Assembly: GCA_964522435.1 (NCBI GenBank)
Contig: CAZFUL010000006.1
Coordinates: 9,573-73,572, forward strand
DNA: 64,000 nt
Source of the DNA: an uncultured Gammaproteobacteria bacterium
GTDB taxonomy: Bacteria; Patescibacteriota; Patescibacteriia; Magasanikbacterales; UBA922
Reading direction: 5' to 3'
This document shows, one piece after another, positions 58,601 to 64,000 of this stretch (positions are counted from its first letter, which is position 1; each line of letters begins with the position of its first letter). Under the pieces are notes generated by a model that was not told where the DNA came from, searched no databases, and worked only from the letters and a program-made list of their open reading frames with translations. The position numbers and the translations under genes are program-made.

Positions 58601-60757
58601 TACCCCGTCACCAAAGCGCTGTCCAGTAAGCGTTACCAAACTCCCCGGAGTTACGGCTACGGGATCTATCTCAATAATATCAGGCGTTTGATCTCCTCCA
58701 GCGGGTTGTACATGCAACGCAACAGGATTACTACTTACCTCTCCCACACGAGCGCTTACCAAAATTTGTTCCGGATTCATGTTTGGAATCGTTGAAAAAA
58801 TACGCTCGTTTTGCCATGCAGAAACATTTCCTGCAATACGGCCAAATAATAATTCTGCCCTATTATTTCCTAAATTTTTTCCATGAACAATAATATCTGT
58901 TCCAGGTCTTCCTCCGGCTAACAAATTATTTTGTCTATCAGTAATCTGACAAAGTCCAGGGCGTTGTGTCTCATTTTTTACAAAAAATCCATCAAAGGGA
59001 CCAGGTCTGCCTCCGCGAGCATCTGTTGTACTATCTTCATAGACCGGCTCACCCAAACGTAAATTCACTGCCCGTACCACACGAATACTACTACTGCTAT
59101 TTATTGGTAAATCAACCCCAGGAACAGCCACAATAATAGCGGTGTCGGTCCAGGTATCCGCAGCCGCATCACATTGTGGTGGTTGTGCGTTCACCGAACG
59201 AAGATTTCCAGCATTATCAATATAGTCAAAAAACACTTGTCCTTGGGCTTCACCAAAAAAGTTTCCTACAATCGTAATAAAGTTACCTTCGGCCCCATCA
59301 AACGCAGGTAATACCGTATCAATAATAGGCGCAGCAACACATTGATTGTTCACACAACGTTGTGACGCACACTCCCAATTTTGTTCACAACGTCCCATGC
59401 CTAAACAGGCACCGCCAATATCGATATCTATTTCTCCCTCATCTAATACGCCATTTTGACAATTTTCTCCAACAACAATCACACTCGATGTGGCAATCGT
59501 GCTATTTCCATCAAGGTCCGCTGCGCTAAGCGCCAAGGTATATTTTGTCGGTACGGGAGTTCTTCTTCCTACTTGAAATCCATAAGAAAAAGTATACGCA
59601 CCATGTGACCCATCTTTTACCAAAGGCCCATCAACATAGGTTACCGTATCGGCTTCATTGCGAAGATTTTCTATTTCAAGATGCACATAACCAATACCAC
59701 CGCGTCCATTTTGACGATCTCTCACTTGTGAGATTATGTCAGTTTCCTGACCACGACGCAGAATAATACCATCATCCCCTACTTGGAATTTATTTAGTTG
59801 ATTCACCGTTATTGGATCAATACTTGGTGCTTGTTGGTCGAGGGCATCATGCTCAATACGAAATGCGGCATCAAGAGGAAATTTTCCACAAGGAGTATCT
59901 ACTCGTACTTGTTTATTCCCTGATTGGCTACGCAAATTTTCATTAACGGTAATCCTATAACTTCCTTCTTTTAGACAAGAAGATTCCTGATTATTTCTAT
60001 CACCAAACGCACAGACCCCATCATTTTCAGAAAAACGCAATTCAACGACGTTATTTCCTTCAATAAAGCTTGCCTCTTCTGGTTGTATTGATTGATCATT
60101 GATAAAGAGCGTTACCGCATCGTCAGCATCAATCGCATTTCCTACGGCTTCACTGAGGACAACACGAACCACGATATCTTTATGTCCGGTAGTATTATCA
60201 TTTTCAACAGACGTATTGGGACTAATACTTTTTACGACAAAAATATTTCGCTCTGCCAAACATTGATCAACATCATTTCCTCCTCCTGCAGGTTGACACG
60301 CTACCCCTTGACAGTTGTTATCTTCATCATCTTGTTGTTCAACATTAACGCCACCATTATTAATAGCTGCTTCAAGCTTATTTAATAAAAATCTTGTAAT
60401 ACCCCAAGACGAAAGCACAATTACCAAGCCAATCACGGCATTAATAATCATTTTTTTTGCTTGGCCAATTTTTTCATCATTCCCTCCTGCTGTCATCCAG
60501 GTAAACCCAGCGTACAAAATAAACAGCAATACAATAATAGAAACAATCCCTAAAAAGGTATTAATAATACGAGCAATAGTGATACGAATATCTGTATTTC
60601 CTAAAGAACTTTCTTGTTCAAATTCAGCAATACCAAAATCTCCTTGTTGTTGAGCCAACACATCTGGACCAAGAAAAAACATCCCAACACTAAAAATACT
60701 TATAAGCAAAAATATGGCAAGGTGACGAAATAGCTGAAGATGACGAAAGTACTTCAT
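49640..60757 (-). CDS. Giant (3705 aa) secreted/surface protein: signal peptide, pilin-like N-terminal two-helix module, ~10 Cys-rich CG[DN]G-x-[LVI]-x-x-GE-x-CD-x-G repeats (Myxococcus-type cysteine-rich repeat / DUF4215-like), possible vWA
   Basis: Uninterrupted ORF. N-terminal MKYFRHLQLFRHLAIFLLISIFSVGMFFLG…, then IARIINTFLGIVSIIVLLFILYAGFTWMTAGGNDEKIGQAKKMIINAVIGLVIVLSSWGITRF. Repeats include LCGNGRVEAGEDCD, TCGNGQVEPLLGEECDQG, VCGDGLLDKGEECE, RCGDGVVNIGESCDPPG, FCGDGVTQGQFGEQCDDGN and RCGDGIVQSPN…CDNGDQNG. Confidence 0.7.
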   Translation of the reverse strand: MKYFRHLQLFRHLAIFLLISIFSVGMFFLGPDVLAQQQGDFGIAEFEQESSLGNTDIRITIARIINTFLGIVSIIVLLFILYAGFTWMTAGGNDEKIGQAKKMIINAVIGLVIVLSSWGITRFLLNKLEAAINNGGVNVEQQDDEDNNCQGVACQPAGGGNDVDQCLAERNIFVVKSISPNTSVENDNTTGHKDIVVRVVLSEAVGNAIDADDAVTLFINDQSIQPEEASFIEGNNVVELRFSENDGVCAFGDRNNQESSCLKEGSYRITVNENLRSQSGNKQVRVDTPCGKFPLDAAFRIEHDALDQQAPSIDPITVNQLNKFQVGDDGIILRRGQETDIISQVRDRQNGRGGIGYVHLEIENLRNEADTVTYVDGPLVKDGSHGAYTFSYGFQVGRRTPVPTKYTLALSAADLDGNSTIATSSVIVVGENCQNGVLDEGEIDIDIGGACLGMGRCEQNWECASQRCVNNQCVAAPIIDTVLPAFDGAEGNFITIVGNFFGEAQGQVFFDYIDNAGNLRSVNAQPPQCDAAADTWTDTAIIVAVPGVDLPINSSSSIRVVRAVNLRLGEPVYEDSTTDARGGRPGPFDGFFVKNETQRPGLCQITDRQNNLLAGGRPGTDIIVHGKNLGNNRAELLFGRIAGNVSAWQNERIFSTIPNMNPEQILVSARVGEVSSNPVALHVQPAGGDQTPDIIEIDPVAVTPGSLVTLTGQRFGDGVGSVYIAADTNTVRNCANNPNACRVLDAQVCGDSWEEAQIVVGIPDDIAPAEYAVLVRTQDGRQSNGEERLRVNAGAPLPSICGIQPNRGTAPLGPDDEPLLISGRNFSNNPTVFYWTRGALANNLDTWLSSAKHRVNGNNVLEDVSDDKISTRIPEDDLTPNDANNRLDSMRTGPIKVQNAQGLFSNGVRYTISDCQLDQAEHARISDDPHPLIEQGYRCCIEGPDAGVWQQNGQLCEGEERTSGYVWRFTTGIIPQIPDVVEVLECRAAELPSPSPWSVRNDGGQDGVCLNAVITARFTLDMNPRTLNSDTVKVFTCGNGNTPVCGDYDTEVTDQFVFEPNLVNRVQLNHIQPNGQFSQNTWYRVVLSDDIRAQHNTGAKDIAGNPIFTTSSLRVHNNLANLPEGSAYYFDFQTGDSAGGVNGDGLCQLIGADIDPPLFTAHYLGKLQDPRFPFDPFNLQQVAHPLYYTVLGRADQACLVLDVSKEEWRWDSSARAIATTLRDNVRLHKATVTALQDSQGQPTFITADIDINGNGIRGTSTLQVNLGEPRVIQAWPVPDCQFSCSNISVGVRFNRPMMEDSYKDRDGKHRLLVRECVNADCLAFTDTDIQLVDGVSDRYIYQTYIGNPEKMSTGTWYLASIPADILSIGRVDGNAVFAGESVAPYQWKFRIKPEDPFCQIARVEVQPDPFSAQLLGQKTRYGAMPISAPDQCSSFGQRLNPWGYGWRWDVRDDAVATVSAFSSQGDIAPYCTAACIYRGSTITKNDYAQEVPGLCGNGRVEAGEDCDIAVGGEVLGQTCTIACLRPGSAAATCGNGQVEPLLGEECDQGGDKALWQGCSASCTNTGVDLPVLCGDGALTRGEDCDGGIGCSDRCFNEGTPIAERWCSGPERARIPQEVVGNACLFANSVCGDGLLDKGEECEIIGDSIRVAGPNGQGVINIPVPLDRVASHCSASCLLQNICALNQVPHKDEGGIRCAQGDVDCRQDCHIIGSSVQYDTPSLCSDGVIGIGEYAGCELPRQANPLGQNPFQVVTAIGEGVVNPDTNEQETTISAVAERLRDRDGVFTNINPVVSGAADYRLMCGHIEQPFSSQLAELNVIQDADMESAALDAWVSEGAAPFQLEKLVDDAGVFAGARSLEVTVHKEDGGTGVFQKGLAIEGRGVYRVRFAYRFATGTVYAQLGSHDQNDQDDIVIRLDQADNQWHTFDQSFFLEEQANYRFSVFVSRNDPALGNLDNVSFLIDDVEIRKEPDTLLSTTVNTCGVDDNSVGVANNSCCAKRPARAASYPIDGDVGICRNTRIDISFRNERSLDEETLQNNIVLAQGFADANHDCVGTDVTARVGAVLAAQAGIVDEDLPFFERFFAKIKSLFARLFGRNSVQAAALYDGMSTWCSGEIAVTPAVAYEWAENDTHVTSTISLSIGAALEPNAVYAVVLRGGVAGIKNDIGVSIRGEQQQGGRFDDDDFISFRTGADVCRLRNVTVDPASYIFTAPLTTSTFIARSESSQGNQEIQPIRNIYDWEWRWAPQEDPIFAVPVENTPTNTQQVTIGSRQVEGRIIASGQAVVIEDQTNGADNHKGRIFSGSTELTASFCERPWPEADKYPYTDDRFNFSFSYCADAGLSGFTEDDLPYFDVGAVVNPEDIPGGPESFVTGTLQRLLFFNDQNDDVLGLQIFENPQRLSARDWFNTTFAFGADRLQELTIDGYDAVSDGKSIYVNALNVVTDFKRNREVYNNIYVFSLNVGAQPSTQVVFDQIIESLLFNTNVSDIGYCLSEGVDANVPVQDRRIPRDDDPRISAIAAASISCRDDFDCRDFVGAALDGTNGICSQAKTKFVHDWQRLAEIRDVQEQLSAYEQREGSYPNLQGGTFIPGYTNSRWPSWGRLSGLIGGIASDPVNEWSACGRCQIANAQGVFASCVDNAQCPGEGNSCLIQDESTCWDAVQSRFICPQASQITEYYSSNSDNYTLHAPLEYFTENDAIVAQFIDTEHYSSDAWCQPGDVHSPFAGRCGDGVVNIGESCDPPGSVQDVACVQIDANGNRQAVPNQRALSRCTDACQWEVGACEQVGSCGNGIVDPDELCDDGALNGRYGQCDAPGQHPGNPALNLGCRSVSAAGSCGNGVLDFADANNNGRFDGGETTFEFCDEVGGVCQFILDNNAVGEPVVYFLIEHSGSMQTVRGLNVPTNWAVTIDGMTNIAQELEGKAKIGIALFRGVVAENQYPEILPVGFYTPQQVRAALLAAGNPNALWTAPLGSGIDALRNRGVFSPNDPVEAARPKSFVVVVDGPVAEAQSPNEEITQLLSDGVYTYVLAVQGQQDVFVQWAELGGTDTVLRVDEPEQFRTAILDITACQEYALRQSNSCSLSCQNHGGFCGDGVTQGQFGEQCDDGNTRNGDGCNALCQGAAPQVNPELAGRCGDGIVQSPNRNNVAELCDNGDQNGIACTAGYEGTCNYCSVDCREVLTADSVAYCGNGVIDLVGENRTLRFIDGAEVQIPVYEACDVITEGGNERVITSPLQESLGTSNRIAAPQALFANQLALLLGRPATLDHEVKQCFDTPNVYTQRGDISCNNDCRSLVSSCVTCGLRPAPGATPNLAILNVIENPQLALTPWGNFAQTQYLLRRTSLANVSRFSVFSVGNNYNESHQMLTDLILNGNPAANNPAQINPRRLEANTLCTDAYHVAFNIDKIARVVDPNTNYDDLAPNGVDVGAVLTDNLSDAGRFSLFPYPVQGEGVAINNELVVSPAVPQNHLRIVVRYDVGGAQDEVIAFTGNLFNQRSGDVFIRSHGGRLTYTDVLAQNGLCNRIRQRANNESLAGYWMPDNCSLFDGSTAIHNVFSLQRTVVQSMTVNLAATRGQNFANRPIAFFVGAIANANNISISEFANRNVRVEIYEYQANQIPAYSLYTPDYVFELKNASGSNNEGIARYWHPFNIVFINGQYRIYTPEVNGAAVVTDTQGIASSHGSIETDYADVLCNVPGQACNRDR

Positions 60758-60759
60758 AG

Positions 60760-62898
60760 TTATCGAGGACTAATAGCAGGATCAGATAAAAAGTTAATAC
60801 AGGTCTCCGTATCTGGTTGAGTCAAAGAGTCATCATTTGCCGCTACACGCCGCGCACATCCCGTATCTTGTTTTGGTTCAGATGCTCTTACAGGGACACA
60901 ATTATTTCCATCACCAATGGCATTTCCTCTGTCATCATAGAGCACCTCACAAATCGGTACTTGATCTCCTTGTCCTATTTCTTTATATACAGGACCACGC
61001 CCCGGATATAAACAATTTTGAGTCACACTTTTTACTGAGCCAGGAATAGAGGGAAAATAATAAAATGCTTCTCCTAATGGCCCAAACTCTCGATGATCAA
61101 CCGTCGCGATGGTTTTTCCATTTTGATCCGCACCTCGAGGTCGTTTCCACAATTCAGGAATATTTAATTGGTCTCGCAATTCTTGTGGGTGTTCTGTAAT
61201 ATCAATATCATATAAGGTGTCGTTCCACATTTCTTTACTAAAACGAATATGCACCGGAGTAAACGCTTCTACCCGTTCTTGATCTAACAAGGGCATCACT
61301 GATTCAATATGTGGCGGTACACGATCAATCGTATTTGCAACGACAAATGACCACCAATAATTATCAGGCGCTTTTTCTCCATCATCAATCGCTTTTGGAT
61401 TATTTACGGCAGGACGTGCTTGTGCTTGTCCATCCGCATTACCATCCATTCGATTCGATGACATATCTGCCACACCCGTAAAAGGAATCGAGATAAACGA
61501 TCGCGCGTTATCTGGTTCTTCGCTTAAGGCAGTTAATACGAGTGTATCCACTGTGTTTTGACAAGCAACATCTTGCGGATCATTACATAATAACGGCAAA
61601 CAATACATTGTGTCCCCACAACTATTTTGTCCACAAGGAACTTGAGAAACAAATTCTACTGTTTGATAGCCATTACTTATTTTCCACTCTCCTTCAATTG
61701 GCGCATTGCTCCCAAATACGATGGTATTAAATAACGTGTTTGGTCCAACCAGTCCTTGCACCGTTGTTGGATCAATTGGTTCATTAAAGGTAATTTTTAC
61801 AATACTATTTCGTGGAACCACCTGACCATTACGCGGATAAACACTTTGCACAACAGGCGGGTCAGTATCAAATTCGGTATTGGTTTCAAATACCCATTCA
61901 TAACGACCATCGCGATCGCCCGCAAAAGCGGGTGTTCCTGTTTGTAACAACACATTATTTGTTAACTGTACGGTATAGTTTACAGAGGTTGCATCATTAC
62001 CCAAGGCTTCTTTTGGTTGAAACACAAACGTCGTTGCCTGGGCATTATTATCGTAGGTGGTAAACGCAAAGGCTTCAACAAGTCGTTCTTCATCCCCAGT
62101 AGGGAATATTTTCACCGAACTTGTTGCGAGTTCATCACACACAGACACACCATTTATCTGGTGACAATCACCATAATAGGGCGCTCGGTTTAACACACCA
62201 TCACCATCAGGATCACATACTTGATTATCAGTTGTTGGCTGTAACGCATCATTCCAACAACTCTTATTGGTATTTTGTATCGTACTCGATGGCAATATTG
62301 GTGCGGCAAACGTAACGACAATACGCGTATTTCTTTTTACCTCTGTTTGATTACGGAAGGGATAATGATCTTTTACTATACGCCCTAATGAACCACTCGC
62401 GACAAAAGATTCAGAAGGAATACGTCCTTGCCCATTTTCGCCATTTGCCCCAAGACCGGTTGATTCAAGCAATTTTTGTAATACAAATCGCGTAATCCCC
62501 CAAGAGGATAACACAATGATAAGACCAATAACCGCATTGATTAATGTTTTTTTTGCTTTTTCTATTTGATCTTCTTTTCCTGCTGCCGTCATCCATAGTG
62601 CTCCGGCATAGATCATGTAGATAACAATGATAACCGCGAGGATGGCTAATATCGCGTTAATAATACGCGCAATAATAATGCTCGGACTCAAACTTGATAA
62701 CCCTAAATTTGTTCCGGCTTGCGTAACGCCTAACGGATCAACATTTTGCGCAAATACCGTACTCCCAAGTAAAAAAGAACAGACAATTAAAAACATGGCA
62801 AGAGTGGTCTTTTGCCATTTTTTTCTGTGGATAAATTGGAGAACCCGAGAAAGCATGGAAACCCAGGTTTGAGATGTGAATAAAAAATGGAATTGCAA
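60760..62898 (-). CDS. 712-aa secreted protein sharing the same pilin-like N-terminal module as the giant protein (likely start Met at ~62856)
   Basis: …IARIINAILAILAVIIVIYMIYAGALWMTAAGKEDQIEKAKKTLINAVIGLIIVLSSWGITRF… is near-identical in pattern to the giant protein's N-terminus. Stop lies 2 nt before the giant gene start. Confidence 0.6.
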   Translation of the reverse strand: MQFHFLFTSQTWVSMLSRVLQFIHRKKWQKTTLAMFLIVCSFLLGSTVFAQNVDPLGVTQAGTNLGLSSLSPSIIIARIINAILAILAVIIVIYMIYAGALWMTAAGKEDQIEKAKKTLINAVIGLIIVLSSWGITRFVLQKLLESTGLGANGENGQGRIPSESFVASGSLGRIVKDHYPFRNQTEVKRNTRIVVTFAAPILPSSTIQNTNKSCWNDALQPTTDNQVCDPDGDGVLNRAPYYGDCHQINGVSVCDELATSSVKIFPTGDEERLVEAFAFTTYDNNAQATTFVFQPKEALGNDATSVNYTVQLTNNVLLQTGTPAFAGDRDGRYEWVFETNTEFDTDPPVVQSVYPRNGQVVPRNSIVKITFNEPIDPTTVQGLVGPNTLFNTIVFGSNAPIEGEWKISNGYQTVEFVSQVPCGQNSCGDTMYCLPLLCNDPQDVACQNTVDTLVLTALSEEPDNARSFISIPFTGVADMSSNRMDGNADGQAQARPAVNNPKAIDDGEKAPDNYWWSFVVANTIDRVPPHIESVMPLLDQERVEAFTPVHIRFSKEMWNDTLYDIDITEHPQELRDQLNIPELWKRPRGADQNGKTIATVDHREFGPLGEAFYYFPSIPGSVKSVTQNCLYPGRGPVYKEIGQGDQVPICEVLYDDRGNAIGDGNNCVPVRASEPKQDTGCARRVAANDDSLTQPDTETCINFLSDPAISPR

Positions 62899-62904
62899 AT
62901 GCGA

Positions 62905-63342
62905 TTATGCAAGTGCTTCTTGAACAATCTCCCGAACACGGTTACCGTCTGCTTGCCCTCTGCAACGCTGCATAACTTGACCAATGAGTACCCCAATCGC
63001 ATGAGGTGCTGCACTGTCTGCCAATACCTCTTTTATTATAGCACGAATTTCATCATCTGACATCTGTGCTGGTAAATATTGTGATAACAAGGCAATTTCT
63101 TGTTGATTATTTTCTACCAAATCGGTTCGATTACCTTTTTCAAAATCTTTGATTGCTTCTTGCAATCGCTTCACTGTGGTTTTAATAACCGCTAAAACAT
63201 CAGCATCAGACAGCTCGTGTTGCAGATCAATTTCTTTATTTTTTATCTCTGAACACAAAACACGCAGCGTATTGAGCGCTGCGTGGTTTCGCTGTTTCAT
63301 TGCAACGTTTCGAGCGGTAAAAATATCTTCTCGAAGTGACAT
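62905..63342 (-). CDS. GatB/YqeY domain protein
   Basis: 145 aa. …ARNVAMKQRNHAALNTLRVLCSEIKNKEIDL… helical GatB/YqeY-type pattern. Confidence 0.75.
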   Translation of the reverse strand: MSLREDIFTARNVAMKQRNHAALNTLRVLCSEIKNKEIDLQHELSDADVLAVIKTTVKRLQEAIKDFEKGNRTDLVENNQQEIALLSQYLPAQMSDDEIRAIIKEVLADSAAPHAIGVLIGQVMQRCRGQADGNRVREIVQEALA

Positions 63343-63360
63343 AGAAACAAATAAAAATAA

Positions 63361-63618
63361 TTAGTATTTTTTATTTCGATCATTGGTATCTTCTATCGGT
63401 AATTTGCCGATCTTTTGAAGATATCGTGTTTTTGACATCAAATGAGCACGACTTACGGCTTGCTTCTTTTGCACGCCTTTACTCAGTTTTGGCTCATGAT
63501 ATTGAATTTTTTTTGCTTGAAGAATTTTTCCGGATTTCATCCATTGTTGCTTCACGCGGCGAAAAAAAGATTCAAATGATTCGTTTTTTTTGCGTTTTAC
63601 TTCTGACACAGTATTCAC
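63361..63618 (-). CDS. rpsU: 30S ribosomal protein S21 (bS21)
   Basis: …VKRKKNESFESFFRRVKQQWMKSGKILQAKKIQYHEPKLSK… follows the bS21 pattern V-x-KNES-x-E-x-x-RRFK…G-x-L-x-E. Confidence 0.6.
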   Translation of the reverse strand: MNTVSEVKRKKNESFESFFRRVKQQWMKSGKILQAKKIQYHEPKLSKGVQKKQAVSRAHLMSKTRYLQKIGKLPIEDTNDRNKKY

Positions 63619-63764
63619 CTCCCCCTTTGCAGGGTTGTATGTATTACCAGTGTTTCTTCTTTAGAAAAAACACAGCGGGAATAGACTTTTAGGCAGTCTA
63701 TTCTAAATATAGGAGGAGTATACGAGAAATATCGTATTTCGTCAAGATAGACAGAAAAACAGGC

Positions 63765-64000
63765 CTATATATGAGATTGTAACAACTTTTGAAGATGTTT
63801 TTCTAAGCGTTTTTGATCAATAATTTCTTGGACACCTGAGCTCATATCCCGAATAATAACTGTACCATCTTGCACTTCTTTTTGACCTAAAATAATACAG
63901 TGGGTCGCCCCTTGTTTGTTCGCCATTTCTAATTGTCCTTTTAACGAGCCTTTTGAGAGACTTGATCCTACCATAATACCCGCACGACGTAATTCTTCAA
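63765..64000 (-). CDS. Class II aminoacyl-tRNA synthetase C-terminal anticodon-binding domain (HisRS-like), N-terminal part beyond window end
   Basis: …SLKGQLEMANKQGATHCIILGQKEVQDGTVIIRDMSSGVQEII… matches the HisRS/ThrRS-type anticodon-binding domain. ORF open at the window end. Confidence 0.5.
   Translation of the reverse strand, partial: EELRRAGIMVGSSLSKGSLKGQLEMANKQGATHCIILGQKEVQDGTVIIRDMSSGVQEIIDQKRLEKHLQKLLQSHI

Noticed and set aside
50000-62315. Short plus-strand ORFs inside the giant-protein genes
   Set aside because: Antisense/out-of-frame within the uninterrupted 3705-aa and 712-aa minus-strand ORFs.
1-64000. Diversity-generating retroelement / retron / group II intron
   Set aside because: No reverse-transcriptase-like ORF (no YxDD-containing RT domain) found in any frame among the listed ORFs. 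No template/variable repeat pair detected.

Overview
This is a low-GC (~40%) bacterial chromosome segment with a CPR/Patescibacteria-like character: giant surface proteins and compact core genes. Core genes seen: partial radical-SAM gene, GT4 glycosyltransferase, O-antigen-ligase-like and Wzz-like genes, smpB-tmRNA, infC-rpmI-rplT, tRNA-Asp, ppsA, pyk, nrdR, ftsZ, ftsA, dgkA, ybeY, gatB/yqeY-like, bS21, partial HisRS. Six stretches look accessory or unusual. (1) An abrupt ~4.9-kb GC-rich (~68%) island at 5065-9995 carries three Myxococcota-type genes, including a MopE-like CxxDxDCDG-repeat lipoprotein. (2) A tRNA-Asp-associated integrative element (large serine recombinase at 23489-25168) carries a tightly coupled HigB / HigA(XRE+ImmA-peptidase) / sce7725(Beta-protein) operon. 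This operon is convergent with a sce7726-family gene that has a PD-(D/E)xK-like motif. I consider this the best candidate for an uncharacterised TA/defence-like system. The element also contains a second compositionally distinct patch. (3) An operon upstream of ybeY-dgkA-ftsA-ftsZ encodes a 712-aa and a 3705-aa secreted protein sharing a pilin-like N-terminal two-helix module. These are followed by three paralogous single-pass membrane proteins with thrombospondin-type-3-like Asp-rich repeats. (4) A second giant (2368 aa) intracellular/membrane repeat protein lies downstream of two small acidic ORFs. (5) There are several structured non-coding elements: three copies of a ~55-nt structured repeat with covariation, and a promoter-driven tandem-hairpin sRNA candidate with CCCCCUCC loops. 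(6) ppsA is fused in frame to a lipoprotein-like ORF. No CRISPR array, reverse transcriptase/DGR or rRNA was seen.
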